Source of the DNA: an uncultured virus (IMG/VR IMGVR_UViG_3300042445_002563)
Taxonomy: Duplodnaviria; Heunggongvirae; Uroviricota; Caudoviricetes
IMG/VR virus record: IMGVR_UViG_3300042445_002563
Length of the DNA: 56,512 bases
Reading direction: 5' to 3' (one strand)
Shown here: in pieces, positions 27,310 to 36,080 of the stretch
How positions within the stretch are numbered: position 1 is the stretch's first letter
Layout of the letters: each line of letters opens with the position of its first letter
Notes under the pieces: generated by a model
Databases searched by the model: none
The model's input: the letters and a program-made list of their open reading frames with translations, nothing else
What the model was told of the DNA's origin: nothing
Position numbers and translations under genes: made by a program

Positions 27310-27536
27310 ACCTGGATCTTAACTCAGTATTGAAATGGTTGGGCACTGTGACCTTGATTGTGGGCACTGGCATCAACAGCCTGGGCTATTATCCAGCAGG
27401 ACCACTGATTCTGCTGTTGGGCGGCGCCTTTTGGTTGGCCGTGAGTATTCGTTGGCGCGAACCTGCACTGATTGTGACCAATGCTGTGATGTTTGTGACA
27501 GCAGCCGCGGGCCTGACCTGGGCATGGCTAAAGTGA
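27306..27536 (+). CDS. Small 3-TM membrane protein
   Basis: LKWLGT...YP...WREPALIVTN; ATGA overlap. Confidence 0.7.
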   Translation: MNLDLNSVLKWLGTVTLIVGTGINSLGYYPAGPLILLLGGAFWLAVSIRWREPALIVTNAVMFVTAAAGLTWAWLK

Positions 27537-27540
27537 CTGC

Positions 27541-27894
27541 ATGATGTCACTGCCATTTCCCATTACTCAGGTCCGCAACGGTTGGATGATTAGCTGGCCC
27601 GGCTTTCGTGACATCAGCCAGATAGAAATCAAACAGAAACTGGCAGATTTAATTTTTGACTCCATTGGAGTGGAAGAGGCCCGTTTTGGTGTTCGAGTGC
27701 AGAGTGGCAAAACTGAATTCTTGCACATACAATTCGATGACTGGGCCGCAGATCGATCCGGCATTGCAGACAAAATACTGGACCGAATTGAAATAACCGG
27801 GGTGTTGTTCGACACTAAACAGTCGGCTGAATGGTTGCAGGACTACTTTGAAAAAAAGCTGATGTGGAAACGGTTAAAACAGGTTGCTCAATAA
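27541..27894 (+). CDS. Hypothetical protein
   Basis: Co-oriented, 4-nt gap. Confidence 0.65.
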   Translation: MMSLPFPITQVRNGWMISWPGFRDISQIEIKQKLADLIFDSIGVEEARFGVRVQSGKTEFLHIQFDDWAADRSGIADKILDRIEITGVLFDTKQSAEWLQDYFEKKLMWKRLKQVAQ

Positions 27895-27912
27895 TCACTT
27901 TAGTGCTATAAT
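27884..27912 (+). promoter_or_regulatory. Sigma70-type early promoter
   Basis: TTGCTC-N17-TATAAT with TGn. Confidence 0.75.
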
Positions 27913-27935
27913 AATAGCACACAAGGAGACAATCC

Positions 27936-28463
27936 ATGCTTACTTTGCCCGAATTTCTTGAATTGATTGATCATCGCATCACTGGCGGCAGTGAATACGG
28001 TTGGCAGTGCTACGGCGGCCATGCACAGACCATTGACTCAGACGCAGTAGACTACAACTTCTCAGTGATTTTTGATCGGCAAGATCAAACAGTGTACGAA
28101 GTCACTGTGTGTGATTATCCCAACAACCGTGCCTATCGCATTATCAACCCTGATTACAAAACCAAACATGATGCCGAAGCGTCCATGCGTGGGGTTCAAT
28201 CCCGCCAGGCCTGGGACGATGTTAACTATGTGGATCTAGATGTGGATGACGATTTTATACAAAAAGGTCTGGCCATCCGTGCAGGCAACTCATACGACAC
28301 ACGAGTTCAAGTTGAGTTGGACCTAGACGATGACCTGTTGCTCCAGCTCATGACTCAAGCTCACAAGCAAGACATTACCCTGAATAAAATGGTCGAGCAG
28401 ATCCTGACGGAAATGATTGATCGTACTCAAAAATCACAAACTGAATCTCAAAGGCAGCTGTAA
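27936..28463 (+). CDS. Hypothetical protein with possible C-terminal ribbon-helix-helix
   Basis: AAGGAG RBS; VQVELDLDDDLL...AHKQDITLNKMVEQIL. Confidence 0.72.
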   Translation: MLTLPEFLELIDHRITGGSEYGWQCYGGHAQTIDSDAVDYNFSVIFDRQDQTVYEVTVCDYPNNRAYRIINPDYKTKHDAEASMRGVQSRQAWDDVNYVDLDVDDDFIQKGLAIRAGNSYDTRVQVELDLDDDLLLQLMTQAHKQDITLNKMVEQILTEMIDRTQKSQTESQRQL

Positions 28464-28468
28464 ATCGG

Positions 28469-28497
28469 TTGACCTTTATTCACCAAAATGCTATAAT
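28469..28497 (+). promoter_or_regulatory. Sigma70-type early promoter (repeated cassette)
   Basis: TTGACC-N17-TATAAT. Confidence 0.85.
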
Positions 28498-28527
28498 TAA
28501 CACTTAAACAGCAACAAGGAGCCTTGA

Positions 28528-28854
28528 ATGTTTGCACTAGACAATATTGAATCCGTCCATAACACTGCCGTAGCCGCCGCGCAACAGGCCGAAACAGAAT
28601 TCCGCGCCCGGCATGGTGAGCCTGGCTACTGTGGTTTTGCCTGGGTGCAGGTAACTGAAAAAGCCAGTACCAAACTGGGTCGTGCGCTGAAAACTGTGGG
28701 CTTTACCAAGGCCTACGGTGGCGGTCTCCAGCTGTGGAATCCGGGTGGTAGCTTCACGCAGAGCATGGACATCAAAGAAACAGGTGCCCGAGCCTATGCT
28801 GAGGTACTCAAGTCGCATGGCATCACTGCATACATGAGCTCAAGAGCCGATTGA
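28528..28854 (+). CDS. Hypothetical phage protein
   Basis: CGFAWV, QSMDIKE, SRAD; AAGGAG RBS. Confidence 0.75.
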   Translation: MFALDNIESVHNTAVAAAQQAETEFRARHGEPGYCGFAWVQVTEKASTKLGRALKTVGFTKAYGGGLQLWNPGGSFTQSMDIKETGARAYAEVLKSHGITAYMSSRAD

Positions 28855-28879
28855 CCCTTATTCACCATTCTGTTATAAT
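28851..28879 (+). promoter_or_regulatory. Sigma70-type early promoter (repeated cassette)
   Basis: TTGACC-N17-TATAAT; shares TTATTCACCA and AAACAGCAACAAGGAG with 28469. Confidence 0.85.
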
Positions 28880-28909
28880 ATATACATAAACAGCAACAAG
28901 GAGTTCTAA

Positions 28910-29383
28910 ATGGGCACACACAGTCGAATTGGGGTCATGCACGGTGACACTGTTAAGAGTGTTTACTGTCATTGGGATGGCTACCTGGAGCACAATGGCC
29001 GGATCCTACAAGAGCATTATGGCTCAAATCAATCCCCCAAAGCAAATCATCTTGTGGCCTTGGGCGACATTAGCTCGCTGGGCAAAGAGATTGGTGAGAA
29101 GCATCCGTTCAGTCGATTTGACACTGACATGTCAGACGAAGCGTATGAGAAACTCTATGGCAACATGACCACTTTTTACGGTCGCGACCGTGATGAACAA
29201 GGCGTGGACTTCAAAGTGGCACACACCTTTGCCTCCTTCCTGGATCAGGTTGAGGCCTGTGGTGCAGAGTATTACTACATCATGCGTGACGGTGTGTGGT
29301 ACTGTGGTAGTCCTAACAAGGGTAGCCGACTGGTGGCTCTGACAGAGGCTCTGGCTGCAATACAGGAGACTGAACATGCGTAA
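28910..29383 (+). CDS. Hypothetical phage protein (YCHWDGY motif)
   Basis: MGTHSRIG, VYCHWDGY, YGRDR, EYYY; AAGGAG RBS. Confidence 0.78.
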   Translation: MGTHSRIGVMHGDTVKSVYCHWDGYLEHNGRILQEHYGSNQSPKANHLVALGDISSLGKEIGEKHPFSRFDTDMSDEAYEKLYGNMTTFYGRDRDEQGVDFKVAHTFASFLDQVEACGAEYYYIMRDGVWYCGSPNKGSRLVALTEALAAIQETEHA

Positions 29384-29504
29384 TTTAATAATTGGATTCA
29401 TTCTAGGCCTGGTGGTCAGTGCTGTGGGATTTTCGGGTATTGCTCGAATGTTCGACCGAGGTGTCCAAACCATCCAGGAAACCAGCAAAGAACTCGCCCA
29501 GTAA
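29376..29504 (+). CDS. 42-aa membrane peptide (absent from ORF track)
   Basis: CAGGAG RBS; MRNLIIGFILGLVVSAVGFSGIARMFDRGVQTIQETSKELAQ. Confidence 0.65.
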   Translation: MRNLIIGFILGLVVSAVGFSGIARMFDRGVQTIQETSKELAQ

Positions 29505-29540
29505 AACGGGCAAACAGAGTCAAAATTATGCAGAAAGTGG

Positions 29541-29569
29541 TTGACCGTTATGCCGCAATCTGCTATAAT
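29541..29569 (+). promoter_or_regulatory. Sigma70-type early promoter
   Basis: TTGACC-N17-TATAAT with TGn. Confidence 0.85.
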
Positions 29570-29634
29570 TTAGACATGCAGAAAAACACTGCATTAATTT
29601 TAAACTTGACAGGCAACTTTTTAAAGGCAACAAA

Positions 29635-29991
29635 ATGACAGAAAAACTCTTCACAGTGGCAGGTACTGCAACTAACCCCGATGGCACAACCAAGGCTCGT
29701 TTTGCAAACGACCTGGTGGCTCGCATCAAGATTCTAAACAAATCCAAATGCACTGACATTAACCTGATGGAACTGCCCGAGCCCATGACCAAACTGCAAG
29801 CTCTGCAATTTTTGCAAGCACAGGGGGTCACTGACGGCGAAGCTGGTTATGCAGTGAGTGCCAAATTGGCAGAGAAAAGCAAGGTCGCTAAAAAAGGCGA
29901 AGTCAAAGTGGCTGGCGTCAAGACCAAATCCGCTAAACCAGCGGTCACTGCTGAACAGGTGCTGTCTGCAGTAAACAAAGCCTCCGTTTAA
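29635..29991 (+). CDS. Hypothetical protein with Lys/Ala-rich tail
   Basis: FTVAG, KARFAND, ELPEPMTK. Confidence 0.75.
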   Translation: MTEKLFTVAGTATNPDGTTKARFANDLVARIKILNKSKCTDINLMELPEPMTKLQALQFLQAQGVTDGEAGYAVSAKLAEKSKVAKKGEVKVAGVKTKSAKPAVTAEQVLSAVNKASV

Positions 29992-30013
29992 AAACTGACC
30001 AGCTCAGACCCAC

Positions 30014-30037
30014 AAGCGGCCTCCGGGCCGCTTTTTT
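30014..30037 (+). terminator. Rho-independent terminator
   Basis: AAGCGGCC-TCCG-GGCCGCTT then T run. Confidence 0.85.
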
Positions 30038-30097
30038 ACGATCGTGACACTTTGGCATATATAAACTGTGCGTCAAGTTGACGCCATTTTTTTACCA

Positions 30098-30346
30098 ATG
30101 ACCATACTTTCGTATCGCTCCGCCGAGCCCTTGTATATTGTCAGCATGCGTAACAACCCTCGAGCAGAAACTATGTTTCGGACCTGGATCAAAGATCACA
30201 AGATTGAGCATGCTTCAGTGTCTGACTACCGACTCCAATTACACGACCAACGCGGATTTGAGAAATTCTGCTTGACCTGGTCACACGATTGGCAGTGCCT
30301 GAATGTGTGGGATACCTGGAATCGACGCCACATTTATCTGGATTAA
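30098..30346 (+). CDS. Hypothetical protein, divergent LKW-family member
   Basis: LHDQRGFEKFCLTW. Confidence 0.6.
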   Translation: MTILSYRSAEPLYIVSMRNNPRAETMFRTWIKDHKIEHASVSDYRLQLHDQRGFEKFCLTWSHDWQCLNVWDTWNRRHIYLD

Positions 30347-30361
30347 TTTACTCGTCTTTTA

Positions 30362-30390
30362 TTGACACCAGGTGTAGTTGACGTTATAAT
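30362..30390 (+). promoter_or_regulatory. Sigma70-type early promoter
   Basis: TTGACA-N17-TATAAT. Confidence 0.88.
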
Positions 30391-30440
30391 TACTTTGCTG
30401 CCAGCAAATCAGCTGGCACAGTCTTAATAAGGAAACTCAA

Positions 30441-30629
30441 ATGACTACACAACATGAAACAATCGTCGCCGCTTATGAATCTTACATCTCTGAAAATGAG
30501 AAGTTCACAACCAAGGGTGTGAAAGCCTCTGCGGCCCGAGCCCGTAAAGCTCTGCAGGAAATGTCAAAAGGTATCAAGGAGCGCCGTAAAGAAATCACAG
30601 CTGAAAAAGAAGCACTAGCTGCAAAATGA
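30441..30629 (+). CDS. Histone H1-like Hc1-family protein
   Basis: EKF..KGVKASAARARKALQEM.K..KERRKEI; AAGGA RBS. Confidence 0.75.
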   Translation: MTTQHETIVAAYESYISENEKFTTKGVKASAARARKALQEMSKGIKERRKEITAEKEALAAK

Positions 30630-30796
30630 TTGTGAAACAAGACCAAGTACACCGGCAGCATCCAGAACACTGGCCCGAAGAACTAACACCTGCACAACGA
30701 GAGCAACTGTTGCAGGCCAAGTTGACTCGGGCTGTGGAATGGATTCGTGCTCGTGCTGGTCTTGATACCTTTAGGTATCAAAAGGAATCAACATGA
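30626..30796 (+). CDS. 56-aa hypothetical protein (absent from ORF track)
   Basis: MIVKQDQVH...QKEST; ATGA overlaps at both ends. Confidence 0.6.
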   Translation: MIVKQDQVHRQHPEHWPEELTPAQREQLLQAKLTRAVEWIRARAGLDTFRYQKEST

Positions 30797-31230
30797 GTGA
30801 TGATGAATTAACAATTACCTGGCCTGATATTTCTGACACTTCGGACACATACAATATCAACCTTGACTCAATGGGCACAGTCAGTAGTGGTGGAGCGTAT
30901 GTCTACAGTGCCAACACGAACAACACAATCTGGACCACAAACACCACAACTGGTTCAAATCCGCAATTCAATAACTGGAACATAGGCAACAGCAATGTTG
31001 TACCGACGGGACAGTTGAGCCTAGTGGGCGACAATGCTGACATTGTGATCAATGGTCAAAGCCTAAATGACACACTGACAATCATACAAGAACGCCTGGG
31101 CATGTTGGTACCCAATGCAGAAATGGAAGCAGAATGGGACGAACTGCGCGAGCTCGCTGAACGCTATCGTGAACTAGAAAAACTATGCAAGGAAAAAAGC
31201 ACAGTATGGAACAAGCTCAAAAAGATTTAA
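30793..31230 (+). CDS. Hypothetical protein, Thr/Asn-rich N-terminus and C-terminal coiled coil
   Basis: AAGGA RBS, ATGA overlap. Confidence 0.72.
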   Translation: MSDDELTITWPDISDTSDTYNINLDSMGTVSSGGAYVYSANTNNTIWTTNTTTGSNPQFNNWNIGNSNVVPTGQLSLVGDNADIVINGQSLNDTLTIIQERLGMLVPNAEMEAEWDELRELAERYRELEKLCKEKSTVWNKLKKI

Positions 31231-31270
31231 CATCCCGGCACAAGATGACCCCCCATTCCTGTGTGCAGAC

Positions 31271-31299
31271 TTGACAACTAAGTCAAGTTCTTGTATAAT
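31271..31299 (+). promoter_or_regulatory. Sigma70 promoter with inverted repeat over the -35
   Basis: TTGACA-N17-TATAAT; ACTTGAC-N6-GTCAAGT at 31269-31288. Confidence 0.8.
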
Positions 31300-31395
31300 A
31301 CAATACGTGAGTTAACTGCTCACATAATGGCAAAATCGTGCCATTTGGGCCCGATGATTCGGGGTTATGCAACTCTCTGAGTAAGTAAAACTACC

Positions 31396-31974
31396 ATGAA
31401 AGCACAAGTAAACTCTATCAACCAAGCACTGACCACCTGGAGCGCAAGACTGCTAAAGTCTCTGGGTCTGCTGGCAGTGGCCGTGACATTGTTCACTGTG
31501 GTTGGTGCCAAATTTGATCATCTGCGCCTGGCCAACAGCAGAATGCCCGAGCACATGATCACTGCTGAGCAACGCATGAAAGAACTGGATTGTCTTACTA
31601 GAAATATCTACTGGGAAGCTGCCTCGGAACCTTTTGAAGGCAAAGTAGGCGTGGCCCAGGTCACACTGAATCGAGTAGAATCGGGCAAGTTCGCCCCTAC
31701 CATATGCGGAGTGGTGTACCAAAAGAATGTGTTCTACGAAAAAGTAGTGTGCCAATTCAGCTGGTTCTGCGAAGCAACTCACAAGATCAGACCCATTCAC
31801 AAACCTTTGTGGCTGGAAAGTGAAGAAGTGGCCAAGAAGGTACTGCTGGAAGGATTCCGCCTGCCCAGCCTGGAAAACGCATTGTTCTATCACGCAGATT
31901 ACGTGAGCCCAGGCTGGAAACTGCCCCGAATTGAAAAAATTGGACGACATATTTTTTATGGAGAACGTGTATGA
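31396..31974 (+). CDS. SleB-like cell wall hydrolase (Hydrolase_2)
   Basis: CLTRNIYWEA, VAQVTLNRV, ICGVVYQ, CQFSW, ALFYHADYV, IGRHIFY; N-terminal TM. Confidence 0.92.
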   Translation: MKAQVNSINQALTTWSARLLKSLGLLAVAVTLFTVVGAKFDHLRLANSRMPEHMITAEQRMKELDCLTRNIYWEAASEPFEGKVGVAQVTLNRVESGKFAPTICGVVYQKNVFYEKVVCQFSWFCEATHKIRPIHKPLWLESEEVAKKVLLEGFRLPSLENALFYHADYVSPGWKLPRIEKIGRHIFYGERV

Positions 31975-32279
31975 AATGGCAAATCTTATTTTTTGGCCTG
32001 CGAGATTATATCCGCGAAAGTTCTGCCAAAATCTCAGCTGACACTCTGGGATGGCTGGCTGCAATTGTACTGCATGCAGCCACAGTGCCCACAACACTGG
32101 CCCTGATAACCGGACTCAGCGACCGCACTCCCAATTTGGATATAGTGCTGTTTCTGTGGTCGGGTCTGGTGCTGTTGTTTCTTCGAGCAGTGGTACTCAA
32201 AGACATGCTGAACATCATCACAATCGGGGTGGGATTCATGGTGCAGGCAGCATTGATGGCCCTGATTCTGTTTAAGTAA
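31971..32279 (+). CDS. 3-TM membrane protein
   Basis: Hydrophobic helices; ATGA overlap with hydrolase. Confidence 0.72.
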   Translation: MKWQILFFGLRDYIRESSAKISADTLGWLAAIVLHAATVPTTLALITGLSDRTPNLDIVLFLWSGLVLLFLRAVVLKDMLNIITIGVGFMVQAALMALILFK

Positions 32280-32290
32280 AAAGTACTAGA

Positions 32291-32319
32291 TTGACCATTA
32301 ATCACAATCGTGCTATAAT
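32291..32319 (+). promoter_or_regulatory. Sigma70-type early promoter
   Basis: TTGACC-N17-TATAAT with TGn; only 6 nt to the ATG, so possibly leaderless. Confidence 0.85.
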
Positions 32320-32325
32320 AACAGC

Positions 32326-32556
32326 ATGATAAAGATTACTTCTGGTCGATCCTTTCGAACAATCAAGTCTGGCGATCCTGACTGGCATTTCAGTCCCAAT
32401 GAATTTACTTTGGTGCCACGTGCTGGTTTTGAAATCAGTGAAAAATGTCCAAAAGAATATCGAATGATCCTTGCAGATTGTATCAACTACGGCTGGATCA
32501 AACCCGTTGCCCACATGCAAGATTCTGAATACACCTGGGAGTTATTGAAAAAATGA
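32326..32556 (+). CDS. Hypothetical protein
   Basis: Directly after promoter. Confidence 0.68.
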   Translation: MIKITSGRSFRTIKSGDPDWHFSPNEFTLVPRAGFEISEKCPKEYRMILADCINYGWIKPVAHMQDSEYTWELLKK

Positions 32557-32951
32557 GCATGCACCTACATCATCCTAGTCTTAGTCTTAATGGCAAGCGC
32601 AAAGGCAAAGTAAAGTTTCGCAATGCAGCCGAAGCACAACGAGCACGAGAACTTGACGCCAGCTGGAAAGAGATCCTCAAAGCTCAGGGTGTTGCAGACG
32701 AGCAGCGCAAACGTACACGGGCCATGAAAGCAGAACCCTTGCAATACAATCTCTCTTCGGTTAATGACCGTGCCAACACACGACACATTCCCAGCCTGGA
32801 TACAGGACACTCTGGTGCTTTGCGTACCAAGGATATTCCCAAGTACACCGGCACAAAGATTCTGGGCATTGGTACCATGCACAAATCAAATGCAGTGCCT
32901 GTGTTCAGCGAAGAAGAAGCACATGACATCGCAACCATGCGCCGTGGCTAA
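32553..32951 (+). CDS. Conserved-looking T4-like hypothetical basic protein
   Basis: YTG..ILGIGTMHKSNAVPVFS..EA.DI..MRR. Confidence 0.75.
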   Translation: MSMHLHHPSLSLNGKRKGKVKFRNAAEAQRARELDASWKEILKAQGVADEQRKRTRAMKAEPLQYNLSSVNDRANTRHIPSLDTGHSGALRTKDIPKYTGTKILGIGTMHKSNAVPVFSEEEAHDIATMRRG

Positions 32952-33186
32952 ACACACAGTGAGAACGCATTACCCTTGGGCAGAGGTACTGAGTTACTTG
33001 CAGGAACATGTGGGTGTGTTGCTGCATTCTCAACCTATAATATTTTGGCACGGTCGAGGCTGGCACATGAAAGCCGGCACCTCACATAGACAAGTAGCAC
33101 CAAGAGGCACTGTGGGAACTAGTTTTTATGATGTCACCTTTGATGATCCCAAGCAGGCAGTGGCCTTTGCACTAAAGTGGGCATGA
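32944..33186 (+). CDS. LKW-family small protein
   Basis: GTG start; VTFDDPKQAVAFALKWA. Confidence 0.62.
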   Translation: MAKHTVRTHYPWAEVLSYLQEHVGVLLHSQPIIFWHGRGWHMKAGTSHRQVAPRGTVGTSFYDVTFDDPKQAVAFALKWA

Positions 33187-33350
33187 AATTTTTCCGTAAA
33201 GTAAAAATACCCGAAGCATACGCTCGTATAGAGTGGTGTCGTATGACGTTGGGTCGCGAGCGCAAAAGTGGCAATTGGTGGCGTCATCGAGGACATATCT
33301 ACTTCAAAGATGAACAAGCATTTGTATTTTACACATTGAAATGGGCATGA
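33183..33350 (+). CDS. 55-aa LKW-family protein (absent from ORF track)
   Basis: MKFFRK...EWC...GNWW...IYFKDEQAFVFYTLKWA; ATGA overlaps at both ends. Confidence 0.7.
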   Translation: MKFFRKVKIPEAYARIEWCRMTLGRERKSGNWWRHRGHIYFKDEQAFVFYTLKWA

Positions 33351-33670
33351 TAAAGAAACAAGCCATTGCTGCGGGCAGACAATTTGGTAAGACTGGTTTG
33401 ACAACCGACCAAATTTGGTGGAACGACATGTGGAACAACACTCCACGACTCGAAACTGGCTATGCCTTCAATCAACCCAAATGGCCCTATTGGGTCAAGC
33501 CGTGTAACTACTCTGCCGAAGAGTGGTTGGATATGACTAATTGGATGGTAGAAACATTTGGTGATACTGACTGGTCTACTCCCGGTGGGCGCTGGGTAGG
33601 CAGCGATAGAAAATTCTGGTTCCGTGATGCAGCCGATAGAACCTTGTTCTTGTTGAAATGGTCACGATGA
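33347..33670 (+). CDS. LKW-family protein
   Basis: NWMVETFG...RW...FWFRDAADRTLFLLKWSR. Confidence 0.7.
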   Translation: MIKKQAIAAGRQFGKTGLTTDQIWWNDMWNNTPRLETGYAFNQPKWPYWVKPCNYSAEEWLDMTNWMVETFGDTDWSTPGGRWVGSDRKFWFRDAADRTLFLLKWSR

Positions 33671-34491
33671 ACAGGTGGGCCAAGTTACTGGCAACATCAG
33701 CCTTGATCATGTGCGGAAATGTGCAAGCCAAGCCAAGTATCTGGGTGTACAATCAAACTCAAGACACAATTGTTTTCAATCAAAATGTCAACACAGTTAG
33801 ACCAATTGCATCTATTACCAAATTGATGACAGCCATGGTGGCCTTGGACCATGACCCTGCGCTTGCTCGTAGCATAAAACTCATCAACCGTGTGGGCAGT
33901 AGCTTGCCAAACGGGCATTACACTCGACGTCAGTTGTTTGATGCTATGCTGGTACGCAGTGACAACGCAGCAGCCGAAACACTGGCAGAAGACTTTCCCG
34001 GCGGCAGAGCGGCTTTTGTCCGAGCCATGAATCGTCGGGCTCGTGCCCTGGGCATGACCGGCACTAGATTTCAAGATCCCTCAGGACTGAGCCGAAGCAA
34101 TGTGGGCACCGCAGGAGACATAGGCACCTTGGTCACAGCCGCTGGCAAATACGCACTCATACGAGAAATCAGTGTGCAGCAACAAGTTCGGATTGAGTCA
34201 CACTTTAAACAGCGTGTTCGAATCATTTCTTTGCCCAATACCAATCAGCCCGTGTTGTTTAGTTTTGACAACATACAGGTCAGCAAAACAGGATTTACTA
34301 ATCCTGCTGGTTGGTGTGTGGCTCTGCTGGTGGAACGCAACAAGCAGACATTTGCTGTGGTGGTATTGGGGTCCGAAAACAAGTCTCGCAGACTTGACAC
34401 AGTAAGAAATCTAATGTATAATCATATTAATGATGCAGCAGAATTGCCCGCGGTGGACGATCCCAGCATCATACCGGAGATAAGATGGTAG
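33667..34491 (+). CDS. Peptidase S11, PBP7/PbpG-like D-alanyl-D-alanine peptidase
   Basis: Signal peptide; ASITK (SxxK), SDN, KTG. Confidence 0.92.
   Translation: MNRWAKLLATSALIMCGNVQAKPSIWVYNQTQDTIVFNQNVNTVRPIASITKLMTAMVALDHDPALARSIKLINRVGSSLPNGHYTRRQLFDAMLVRSDNAAAETLAEDFPGGRAAFVRAMNRRARALGMTGTRFQDPSGLSRSNVGTAGDIGTLVTAAGKYALIREISVQQQVRIESHFKQRVRIISLPNTNQPVLFSFDNIQVSKTGFTNPAGWCVALLVERNKQTFAVVVLGSENKSRRLDTVRNLMYNHINDAAELPAVDDPSIIPEIRW
34394..34422 (+). promoter_or_regulatory. Intragenic sigma70 promoter for downstream genes
   Basis: TTGACA-N17-TATAAT within 3' end of peptidase gene. Confidence 0.75.
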
Positions 34492-34874
34492 AAAATAAAT
34501 TGTCAATTTGGGAACAGCAAGAAATTGTGCGACTGCTCAAGGGAGCGCCAGGCACACAGTATCAAGCAGCAGATGATGCCAACAAAATGATCATGCGAGA
34601 TTGGATAAAGAGTTTGCTGCAAGCATCCACAATTACAGTACAGTTTACCAAGGCTGATGGCACGGTACGGGACATGCAATGCACACTAAATCCTGAACAA
34701 CTGCCAGACATGGTCACAACCGGCCCGGTGGACGGTATTGTTGTGGAATCTGCCAGGCCTCGAAAAGTACCTGATCCACACAGTTTGCGAGTGTTTGATG
34801 TAGAAAAACAAGAATGGCGCAGTTTTAGATTTGATCGTTTGCTCAAGATCACAGCTGAACTAAAGTTTGAATGA
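34485..34874 (+). CDS. SH3/WYL_2-like beta-barrel protein
   Basis: VQFTKADGTVRDMQCTL...VFDVEKQEWRSFR. Confidence 0.78.
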   Translation: MVENKLSIWEQQEIVRLLKGAPGTQYQAADDANKMIMRDWIKSLLQASTITVQFTKADGTVRDMQCTLNPEQLPDMVTTGPVDGIVVESARPRKVPDPHSLRVFDVEKQEWRSFRFDRLLKITAELKFE

Positions 34875-35302
34875 GACACTTGTATTTTGCATATGGCATG
34901 AATACACACCTAGATCAAATGGCTCAGCGTTGTCCTGGTGCCGAAGTTGTGGGCGTGGCTGAGCTACAGGACTATGCTCTAGAGTTTGCTTACCACTGCA
35001 ATGTCACCCCTGTGCCCGGATCAAGCGTGCCAGGTCTGCTGTGGACCATAACTGATCAGGATCTGGAAGCACTGGATTGGGTCGAAGGATATCCTGTCTA
35101 TTACGATCGTTTACAAGTGCCAGTTGCGGTCAACGGGATTGTACTCAACGCTGTGGTGTATGTTATGACGGGCAAAACACAGCCATGCCCGCCCGGACAG
35201 GGATACTTGGACCTGGTGCGAACTGGCTATGCCCAGAACAAAATAAATCAAACACAGCTGGATCTGGCATTAAATAAAAGCTATGAACTATACACTGTTT
35301 AA
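34871..35302 (+). CDS. Gamma-glutamylcyclotransferase-family protein
   Basis: [21 protein letters not shown]. Confidence 0.88.
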   Translation: MRHLYFAYGMNTHLDQMAQRCPGAEVVGVAELQDYALEFAYHCNVTPVPGSSVPGLLWTITDQDLEALDWVEGYPVYYDRLQVPVAVNGIVLNAVVYVMTGKTQPCPPGQGYLDLVRTGYAQNKINQTQLDLALNKSYELYTV

Positions 35303-35304
35303 CT

Positions 35305-35523
35305 GTGGCTAAAGAAACGACCATCAACATGGAAGGTAAAGTGGAAGAAATTCTTCCGGCTGCTATGTTCCGCATCCGACTGGACGTGAATCAAAGCATG
35401 GTCCTGGGTCATCTAAGTGGCCGCATGCGAACCAACAACATCAAGGTACTGCTGGGAGATCGTGTGGAAATGGAATTTTCACCATACGATCTCACTCGTG
35501 GGCGTATTACCCGTCGCAAATAA
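35305..35523 (+). CDS. infA: Translation initiation factor IF-1
   Basis: [33 protein letters not shown] start. Confidence 0.95.
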   Translation: MAKETTINMEGKVEEILPAAMFRIRLDVNQSMVLGHLSGRMRTNNIKVLLGDRVEMEFSPYDLTRGRITRRK

Positions 35524-35531
35524 ATACTAGT

Positions 35532-36080
35532 ATGACCATCAGACAAACCATTGACCTAATAGAAGCGTCCACTCGCCCGGCCAAGCTGGAAACCACTCCT
35601 TTGCCCTATGGCGAAAAGGATCTGGACCCTGTATTGAGTGCAGACAGCATCAACTATCACTACGGCCACCTGGCCCGGGGCTATGCCAAACGCTACAATG
35701 CAGGAGAAGGCAATGCAGATTTTAATCGTGCTGGTAGTTTTCTACACAATAAATTTTTCCCCCAGCTTAGGGCTCCCAAGGGCGCCAATCGTCCCAGGGG
35801 AGCAGTACTTGAACTTATAGAGACCAACTTCAAAACATACGAAGACTTCAAAGAAGAGTTCAAACAAACTGCCATGAAGATCCAAGGATCAGGCTGGGTG
35901 TATTTGAGCACAGGTGGAGCAATCAAAACAATTGCCAACCATGCAGTTCGTACTGATATCTGTGTGCTGGTGGACTGGTGGGAACATGTGTGGGCCACAG
36001 ATTACCAGTGGGACAAAGAAGCATACCTTGATAATATCTGGAAGATTATCAACTGGGACGTTTGCAACGAAAGACTGTAA
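35532..36080 (+). CDS. sod: Fe/Mn superoxide dismutase, short divergent form
   Basis: LPY..LDP, YHYGH, LHNKFF, QGSGW, DWWEH, INW; TAAATA at 35521. Confidence 0.85.
   Translation: MTIRQTIDLIEASTRPAKLETTPLPYGEKDLDPVLSADSINYHYGHLARGYAKRYNAGEGNADFNRAGSFLHNKFFPQLRAPKGANRPRGAVLELIETNFKTYEDFKEEFKQTAMKIQGSGWVYLSTGGAIKTIANHAVRTDICVLVDWWEHVWATDYQWDKEAYLDNIWKIINWDVCNERL

Noticed and set aside
31453..32097. 214-aa minus-strand ORF (also 26767-27297 and 54588-55085)
   Set aside because: Fully antisense to well-supported plus-strand genes
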